Shown: positions 32,750-39,401 of the stretch, piece by piece
How the letters are laid out: every line of letters begins with the position of its first letter
Numbering within the stretch: the first letter of the stretch is position 1
Sequence record: MK250019.1
Strand: one strand, 5' to 3'
DNA length: 64,000 nt
Notes under the pieces: model-generated
The model's database searches: none
Told to the model about the DNA's origin: nothing
The model's input: only the letters and a program-made list of their open reading frames with translations
Program-made: the position numbers and the translations under genes

Positions 32750-33215
32750 ATGTTAATTGGATGAACAGTTAATAATTAATAATTAATAATAAAAATACTA
32801 TTAAAATGTGGGGTTTTGAGTGCCCATCATTTAAAGAGTTTCGAGAAGAAGACATTGTATGTAAAAGCATTAAGTTTCATTTAGCTGATGAAATGTAGTC
32901 AAGCGTGATGGTATCGATGTACATGGGTCCATCCGTATAACTTCGGGGAATCATAAGCATTAATCTTGGAGAGTACAGTTTTTAGTCTGAAATGACGAAT
33001 TTTCCTACTGGTTGCTCAATATGACATTAAGAGTCGGAGATAATTATTTGTAAGTTCCACAATTACAAGAGGAAAATGGAATTAAGTTGTCGGAATAACG
33101 TGATTATTCTATGTGTGAGTAAGAGAATGAAAGTAGCATTATATGTATGGTGTACGTATGCATATAGAAACAAAGCAAATAATAGCCCTTAGAGAATTTG
33201 CCGAGAAAAGGACAT
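32750..33215 (+). ncRNA. candidate large structured non-coding RNA
   Basis: GC-elevated tract lacking any convincing ORF, with several hairpins and a nested helix. A TAGACT-N17-TATACA promoter-like site lies just upstream (32719). Confidence 0.4.
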
Positions 33216-33233
33216 TAATAGTATTTATAATTT

Positions 33234-33392
33234 GCGGGTATAGCACAATGGTTAGTGTGTCGGTCTTCCATACAAGAATAAACTTGTAAAATTAAACTAT
33301 ATGCTAATAATAAATGTGGTATTATAAAATAAGAGTTCGAATCTCTTGCATATAGCAAACCGAAAATGTCGGTTCGATTCCGATTACCCGCT
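33234..33392 (+). tRNA. trnG: tRNA-Gly(TCC) interrupted by an approximately 87-nt intron after position 37
   Basis: 5' exon GCGGGTA..TCGGT-CTTCCA. The 3' exon A-ACCGA..GTCGG-TTCGATT-CCGAT-TACCCGC-T gives a canonical cloverleaf once 33271-33357 is removed. Confidence 0.88.
33297..33356 (+). ncRNA. D-armless tRNA-like element nested in the tRNA-Gly intron (TGT pseudo-anticodon)
   Basis: CTATATGC/GCATATAG acceptor-like stem, ATAATA-AATGTGG-TATTAT hairpin and AAGAG-TTCGAAT-CTCTT T-arm. Confidence 0.6.
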
Positions 33393-33692
33393 CAAAGATA
33401 AAATTAGGTATACATAGTTTTGTATCGAAGCTTTATATTACCATTAGTTGTAATATTCAAATCGTTCGTTGACATGGTTATTCCGTGATGTTAGTAGTAA
33501 GTTATAATTAATTTATAGCAAACGGAATATTAATAAAAACGTACTCGGCGTTTAAGTTGAATGTACCACGCTGCCCGTATTGTTGACATTTAATTAAGTA
33601 TTTAATTAAGTTGAAACATATGTTTAAAAAACTTATGGTACCACGAGTGTTTTCTACGTCGTTTCACTCATTTTTTGGATATAATAATATAT

Positions 33693-33826
33693 GAGAGTCA
33701 TAACAGCAAATTTAGTTCTATTGTTTATTGGGATAACATAAGACTCTTGAATCAATTATATTATGGGAGATATTACAGCAAATTATTATTTAGGATCATA
33801 CTTTTAATATGAAATTCTTGTCTCCT
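33693..33826 (+). repeat. two tandem approximately 60-nt stem-closed elements sharing ACAGCAAATT
   Basis: GAGAGTC-ATAACAGCAAATT...GACTCTT (33693-33748) and GGAGAT-ATTACAGCAAATT...GTCTCC (33766-33825). Confidence 0.6.
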
Positions 33827-33834
33827 GTTTATTT

Positions 33835-33914
33835 GGGTAAATGCCTGAGTGGTCGAAGGGAATGATCTGCAAAATCATTATTATACGTCGTGTGTTCGAA
33901 TCACACTTTACCCT
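33835..33914 (+). tRNA. trnC: tRNA-Cys(GCA) with extended variable region
   Basis: Acceptor GGGTAAA/TTTACCC, discriminator T, anticodon arm ATGAT-CTGCAAA-ATCAT and T-arm GTGTG-TTCGAAT-CACAC. Confidence 0.88.
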
Positions 33915-34241
33915 CTAATATAAAATATTTCCGTGGTATACAGCACGTAAAAAGAGGTTGACTTGTATATTCTATAGACCTACTGTATAATAATATATAT
34001 GATGTATATGTGAAACACCATGTTCTATTAAGAGTTCATTAACTGAGGTTAATTTTGAATTGCACTGATATTAGATGCATAATATATAATGAATATAACG
34101 ACGGTACTGTGAAATGACTATTATTTTTAGTTGCTTGGAAACGGCGTACGAAGTTTTTATAATAGTGGAAGTAATGATAAAACAGTTAAATGTAAATCTT
34201 TCTGAGACAATGGGGACAACTTGTAGTAAGAGAGTATTTTT

Positions 34242-34345
34242 GTTGATATAGTTTAATGGGAAAACACCCAAATCCCAGGGATAAGAGATAATACTTTGAA
34301 ATAGGTATTAGAAGATTTTAGATGGTTCGATTCCATTTATCAACT
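34242..34345 (+). ncRNA. tRNA-like RNA with canonical acceptor/D/T arms and an aberrant, expanded anticodon region
   Basis: GTTGATA/TATCAAC acceptor, GTTT-AATGGGA-AAAC D-arm and GATGG-TTCGATT-CCATT T-arm. No canonical 5-bp/7-nt anticodon arm is present. Confidence 0.65.
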
Positions 34346-34355
34346 CAAATTAATG

Positions 34356-34475
34356 AAGTGTGTAGTTTAATTGGTAAAATATCCTTTGAATAGGACTGTG
34401 CGCAGATAGAACATAATGTTAGTCATATTAATCGCATTATTGATAATGATGTTGGTTCGATTCCAACGACACTTC
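34356..34475 (+). ncRNA. tRNA-like RNA with canonical D/T arms, truncated anticodon hairpin and long insert
   Basis: AAGTGT/ACACTT acceptor, GTTT-AATTGGTA-AAAT D-arm, TCCT-TTGAAT-AGGA hairpin, a 50-60-nt insert and GTTGG-TTCGATT-CCAAC T-arm. Confidence 0.65.
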
Positions 34476-34761
34476 CTAATAAATAAAAAGATCTCGGTAA
34501 TTAGATAAAACATTATATGAGTGAAGCAACTCACCATAACTGCAGATAAATGAGTGAGGGACATAAGAGTGTATGAAGAAAGATGGACTATGGACACCAC
34601 CATATAATTGCGTTTTCAATAATAGTAAAGTAAACTTTAGTATAAGTTCCATTAACGCTAAAATAGAAACATTGTTATTGAAGTCTACTATGCGTGCGAT
34701 GGTTGAATGAAACCATTGTAGTTCTAAGGCATTGTAAAACGTTTTATTTATTAATTTTTAT

Positions 34762-34835
34762 GGCGAGATAGCTTAGTTGGTCAGAGCGCAGGATTCATAT
34801 CCCTGAGGTCGTGTGTTCAAATCACACTTTCGCTA
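34762..34835 (+). tRNA. trnM: tRNA-Met/Ile2 (CAT)
   Basis: Acceptor GGCGAGA/TTTCGCT, anticodon loop TTCATAT and T-arm GTGTG-TTCAAAT-CACAC. Confidence 0.9.
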
Positions 34836-34862
34836 CTATTATTTTTTGATTGTTTATTTTTA

Positions 34863-34898
34863 TAAGAGGTATATCATTTTTTGGTATATCTCTTTTTT
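34863..34898 (+). terminator. intrinsic terminator closing the tRNA array
   Basis: AAGAGGTATATCA / TGGTATATCTCTT plus a T-tract. Confidence 0.7.
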
Positions 34899-34913
34899 AT
34901 TTAGGAAATAATG

Positions 34914-34923
34914 TGTATCTTTG
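34914..34923 (+). promoter_or_regulatory. Bacteroidota-type -7 promoter element (TGTATCTTTG)
   Basis: TAnnTTTG consensus about 28 nt upstream of ATG 34951. Confidence 0.72.
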
Positions 34924-34950
34924 AATTGTTATTAATAAAATAGTAATAAA

Positions 34951-35430
34951 ATGAAGAAATATAAAGTATATCAACTTCGTAGAGAAAACGAAAATATAAT
35001 TGATGATTATCATGAATCATATGATGCAAAAATGAAAGTTATTGCAGAATATGAGATTTCATCTGATAGAAATGATCCAGTTATTATATCAGAAGATATA
35101 TGACATATGTGTAATGTTCATTGTTGGGATCATACATGGTCTGATGGACAAGTTGTTAAACGAGATGATATTACATTAACACCTACATCTGATTTTGATG
35201 GATTTGTTAATAGTGATATTGTAGTTGAAACTGTAAATGGATTATATCTAGCAGAATCATGTGGATTTATGAAGGTGGATTCATTGAATTATGCTATGCA
35301 TAGAATTACTGTAAGATTCCCATTTATCTCTTATTATGATATAAGAAATAAAGAAGATTTTAATGAAGATTTACTTCGTGATATTCGTAATGAAATTCAG
35401 AAAGAATATCAGAAGAGAATTGAAGAGTAA
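34951..35430 (+). pseudogene. hypothetical gene with an in-frame TGA at 35101 (nonsense allele, sequencing error, or two coupled ORFs)
   Basis: ATG 34951 and track ORF 35107 are in the same frame, separated by TGA-CAT. Confidence 0.5.
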
Positions 35431-35468
35431 TAATAAACAAATATAAACAATTAAAAAGTAATATAATT

Positions 35469-36311
35469 ATGGCATGTAATAGTTTTTTAAATTCAGTTAT
35501 TAGAGGATTTGGTAGTCAGATTGGTAGAGATTCTGCTAAGGTTCTTACAAATTCTATGTATGGTAATGCACATGCAACACCATATAGAAATACTTCAAGT
35601 GAAATTGAAGTAGATTTGAATTCTCATTATGAGAAATTAACAGATGCGGATATTGCTTTATTAAATTCATCTAATATTAATGAATGGTGTAATACATATA
35701 GTTGCACATATCAGCGTGTTGGTAGTAATAGAATTAATTATATTAAATATTGTTTTATTTGGTTTGTATTAATTGGTTTAAATTTATTAGGTTTTATAAT
35801 TGCTTTATATAAAGGTTATAAACATTATAATCTAAAAAAGAAGATGAATCAAGAACAATATATAATTGAGCACCCATTTATTGAAGAATATAATGTAATT
35901 GATAATCGAACAAAAACAGGATTTAAAACGAATAAAAGAAAGAATGTAGAATATTATACATTAGATGTATATGAAAATTCAACAGAAGACTATATTAAGA
36001 AAGAAAAAAAGTTAGGTCTAATTTATTTTATTATTTCTATTTTTGCATTATCTGTATTTATTTTACCGTCAAATAGTGATGCTAATAATATAGATAATAT
36101 TAATACAACAGAACTTATAGATACAACCGTTGTCGATACAACAGTTGTTGATACATCAAAAGTTAATAATGATATTGAAGTAGAAAATTCTCAAAAAACG
36201 AATGTGAAATATAATGATAATTCTATTCGTTGTAAAGCTATTACACATAAAGGTACAAGATGTTCACGTAAAAATCAATATGATGGATATTGTTGGCAAC
36301 ATAGAAAATAA
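35469..36311 (+). CDS. membrane protein (2 TM regions) with C-terminal Cys motif CKAITHKGTRCSRK...CWQH
   Basis: Intact TAG-free ORF with hydrophobic segments and a C-terminal Zn-ribbon-like motif (DUF5763-like). Confidence 0.72.
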   Translation: MACNSFLNSVIRGFGSQIGRDSAKVLTNSMYGNAHATPYRNTSSEIEVDLNSHYEKLTDADIALLNSSNINEWCNTYSCTYQRVGSNRINYIKYCFIWFVLIGLNLLGFIIALYKGYKHYNLKKKMNQEQYIIEHPFIEEYNVIDNRTKTGFKTNKRKNVEYYTLDVYENSTEDYIKKEKKLGLIYFIISIFALSVFILPSNSDANNIDNINTTELIDTTVVDTTVVDTSKVNNDIEVENSQKTNVKYNDNSIRCKAITHKGTRCSRKNQYDGYCWQHRK

Positions 36312-36358
36312 TTTTTTGAAAATTTTTCCTAGAATATTTTTTTATTTGGAATAAAACA

Positions 36359-36368
36359 TGTATCTTTG
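36359..36368 (+). promoter_or_regulatory. Bacteroidota-type -7 promoter element (TGTATCTTTG)
   Basis: TAnnTTTG consensus about 47 nt upstream of ATG 36415. Confidence 0.75.
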
Positions 36369-36414
36369 TAATGTAAATAATAAACAAATAATAAACAATT
36401 AAAAAATAAAGATT

Positions 36415-36861
36415 ATGAATACAACAGTTAAGATTTCTCCAGCACAGGTTTTCCCAGTAGCTAACAAGATTCGTGCAGCAAAGCACATCTCTATGAAGGA
36501 AGCATACGCAGAAGCAAAGGCACAGCTTATTGCAGAAGCAGAGAATGCAGTGAAGACTGCAGAGGCAGTAGTTGAAACACCTACTAATGTAGTTGAGACA
36601 CCAGCTAATATGAAGTTGCATACAGAGTTGGTAGAGAAGATGAAGAACGGAAACGTTAAGTTTGTATTCTTCAATAACAAGGGTAAGAAGATTACAACTA
36701 CCGGTACTCTTGATATGTCAAAGGTTCCTACAAACCGTGATGTTCAGGGTCGTAAGACTGCAAAGGATGAGAATACTCAGGTATTCTATGATGTTCGACA
36801 TGGTGTATACCGCTCTTATCAGAAGGATAAGTTGGTAGAGATTATTTCAAAGAAGAAGTAA
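36415..36861 (+). CDS. SH3-fold (WYL_2/DUF2693-like) early protein
   Basis: MKNGNVKFVFFNNKGKKITTTGTL...QVFYDVRHGVYRSY pattern and highly biased codons. Confidence 0.7.
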   Translation: MNTTVKISPAQVFPVANKIRAAKHISMKEAYAEAKAQLIAEAENAVKTAEAVVETPTNVVETPANMKLHTELVEKMKNGNVKFVFFNNKGKKITTTGTLDMSKVPTNRDVQGRKTAKDENTQVFYDVRHGVYRSYQKDKLVEIISKKK

Positions 36862-36905
36862 AATGTCTTATATATGTTAAAGAATAATGGTGAGTTTCTT
36901 GTAAG

Positions 36906-36934
36906 TAGACAATTCACCATTATTCTTATATAAT
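36906..36934 (+). promoter_or_regulatory. class II promoter (TAGACA-N17-TATAAT) about 330 nt upstream of the lysin
   Basis: Exact 17-nt spacer with near-consensus hexamers. Confidence 0.62.
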
Positions 36935-37266
36935 ATATAAATCAATTCGAATAAATATAGAAGTGATTTTATTTAATATGTGAATTGATAATTTGTGAAA
37001 CATGTGTCTGACGGAAAGCACATGTATTTTTCGTGCAATGTTCAATTTTAATTAATTTTAATTTTGATAGGTTAAAGGAGTAAACCTATAAGCGCGGAAT
37101 AATAAAGTCGTATTGAAAATCAAATTTTGATTCCATAAAAGTTGGAATATGGTTTTTGAAGGCTAAGATGAAGTTATAAAGAATCTAACACACCACATAT
37201 GTGATATATGTATATGTTATTTCTTTTTCATCGAATAATAAAAAATAACATAGAAACAATTAATTT

Positions 37267-37866
37267 ATGAAGAAAAAAGTGATATTAAAGAAAATTTTAT
37301 TATTTACGCTATTGTTTTTATTACCTTTCATATCAATAAATGCTGCAACTATTGATAGTAATAATAATGCGTATGAAGAAGTAAATGCAAAGACAACAGT
37401 AGTTAAACATACAAAGTCTAGTATTGAAAATTCGTTAGTTGATGAGGCTAGAACATATATCAAGTCGTTATATCCTGGTTGTCCAGATATAATTCCTAGT
37501 TATATTGTAAAAGCAGGTTTAGCAAATAATATTGATATTTGTTTTATGCTTGCTCAAACACAGTTAGAAACTACCTTTGGCAAGGCAGGTGTAGGAAGAA
37601 CGTGTTCAAGACGTTCATTATTTGGTATCGAGAAAAGATACTATAAAACATATAAAGAAGCAATTAATGCGTATGTAGACGTATTGACTTCAAATTATTT
37701 AGTAAAGGGCCGTACAGAACAACATTTGTTAAATAATTATGTTAATAAAAACGGTCATCGTTATGCTGGTAATCCTAAGTATGAATATTATCTTAAGAAA
37801 CATTATAATACAATTGCATCTACAACAAAAATAAAGCAATTGCAACGCCAGTACAAGAGATTATAA
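37267..37866 (+). CDS. GH73 glucosaminidase-like peptidoglycan hydrolase with N-terminal signal peptide
   Basis: FMLAQTQLETTFG, LFG and YAGNPKY motifs. Basic-hydrophobic N-terminus MKKKVILKKILLFTLLFLLPFISINA. Confidence 0.8.
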   Translation: MKKKVILKKILLFTLLFLLPFISINAATIDSNNNAYEEVNAKTTVVKHTKSSIENSLVDEARTYIKSLYPGCPDIIPSYIVKAGLANNIDICFMLAQTQLETTFGKAGVGRTCSRRSLFGIEKRYYKTYKEAINAYVDVLTSNYLVKGRTEQHLLNNYVNKNGHRYAGNPKYEYYLKKHYNTIASTTKIKQLQRQYKRL

Positions 37867-37929
37867 TTTTGAGTAATCTCAAATCTTCTCGCAAATCAAT
37901 TTATATACATATTAAATATTAGTTATATT

Positions 37930-37968
37930 AAGGGGATCCATGTTACGTTTACATGGATCCCCTTTTTT
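37930..37968 (+). terminator. strong intrinsic terminator
   Basis: AAGGGGATCCATG / CATGGATCCCCTT plus a T-tract. Confidence 0.88.
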
Positions 37969-38000
37969 GATAAATATAATAAAGAATTTTTATTAAACAT

Positions 38001-39377
38001 ATGGCTTTATATTTAAACAATGCACAATATGGCTCAGGTAATCAATCTTCTCAAGATACACTAATACATAGTTATAATAAATCTTTTTTTTCAGATTATA
38101 ATCATGCAAAGACGGTGTTATTATAGAAAGTTATGAAACCAGGTGAAGTAACATTTGCTTATTATTATGATTCAAAAGTACCTTATGGATAGAATGTTAT
38201 TTTTGCAGTTGGACCATTATCTGATGCAGGCTGTAATACTATATTTAAAAATGCTGATGATATTGACAGTGTAAAAGACGTATTAGATGAAACTATTGCA
38301 GATATAAATGCAAGTGTATCTAATATGGAAACTAAAGTTGATGGAATCATTGAAGAATGCAAAACACCTTTATTAACAAAAATAGAAAAAAACATCAATG
38401 ATATAGATGATATAAAAAGAGATATATCTACAATTAAATCTGATATAGTTAATACTAATGATACATTAACAAGTAAGATTAATCAAGTAAATAATCAATT
38501 AACTGCATAGATGTCTCAAGATAAAACAAACCTTATTAATAAGATTAATGATACGTCAAATGATATAGTTAAATATATTGATAATACATCTAATGCTATT
38601 ATTAATTATATTAATAGATCAGTTTCTCTTGCAGTAGGAAATGTAACTACTGATTATACATAGAAAAATGATGATACATCAATGACATTGGGTAATGCAA
38701 TTTCTACATTAAAATTAAATTTAGAATAGTCTATTTCTGATTTATCTGGTAAACATGATGGAGATATTACCGGTTTATAGAGAATAATTGATGAAGCAAA
38801 AGGTAAAGTAACAGAAAATACAACGACATTATCACAGTATATACAATAGAATAATAGTTTTGTAAGAAAGTTAAATACAAGTATTAATAATGTAAATAAT
38901 GCATTAGATGAACGTATTACTAATCTCAGATAGGATTTTGAAACATTGGAAATACCTAAAAAAATTCATGACTTATCAACAAGGATTGCTACTGTAACAA
39001 CTCAATCAAATGTAGATCATGAAAAACTTAAGGCTATTGATAATTTAGAAAGTAGATTATCCAAATGTGAAGGTCGATATGAAAAACATTTCGAGATGGA
39101 TATGGTTCAGTTAAATGGAAATATAAAAGATATAAATACATCTATTTCAAATATTATTAAAAGTATTGACAATATTAAGATAAAAACTGGTACCAGTGAA
39201 GGAACTGTATAGGATAAGTTTGATAATATAAGTAGTCAACTTTTTAATATAAGTGAACGTTTATCAAAGATAGATTCATCTATTAATGCACTTGAAACAA
39301 AATTTGCTGGAAATGAAACATATCATAATGAATTGTTAAATGAATTATCTTCATATAAAAATTCATTAGATTATTAA
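38001..39377 (+). CDS. coiled-coil structural protein, paralogue family member 1 (458 aa)
   Basis: Continuous with TAG readthrough. N-domain PGEVTFAYYYD...FAVG followed by heptad/hendecad repeats. Confidence 0.8.
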
Positions 39378-39401
39378 TAAAAATTAAAAATATATTATAT
39401 T

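Noticed and set aside
32806-32940. 44-codon ORF MWGFECPSFK... with TAG readthrough
   Set aside because: Short, atypical composition for this genome and overlaps hairpins. Not supportable as a CDS.
32805-33215. tmRNA, RNase P RNA, group I intron or hammerhead (CTGATGA at about 32885)
   Set aside because: No 3' T-arm/acceptor or tag peptide, no GAGGAAAGTCC, no P7 motifs and no GAAA partner after a stem II. Kept only as an unassigned ncRNA candidate.
34071-34603. Minus-strand track ORFs 34071..34271 and 34367..34603
   Set aside because: Antisense to tRNA-like elements and without start context. Likely spurious.
36241-36680. Minus-strand ORFs opposite the SH3-fold gene
   Set aside because: Antisense shadows of a codon-biased plus-strand gene.
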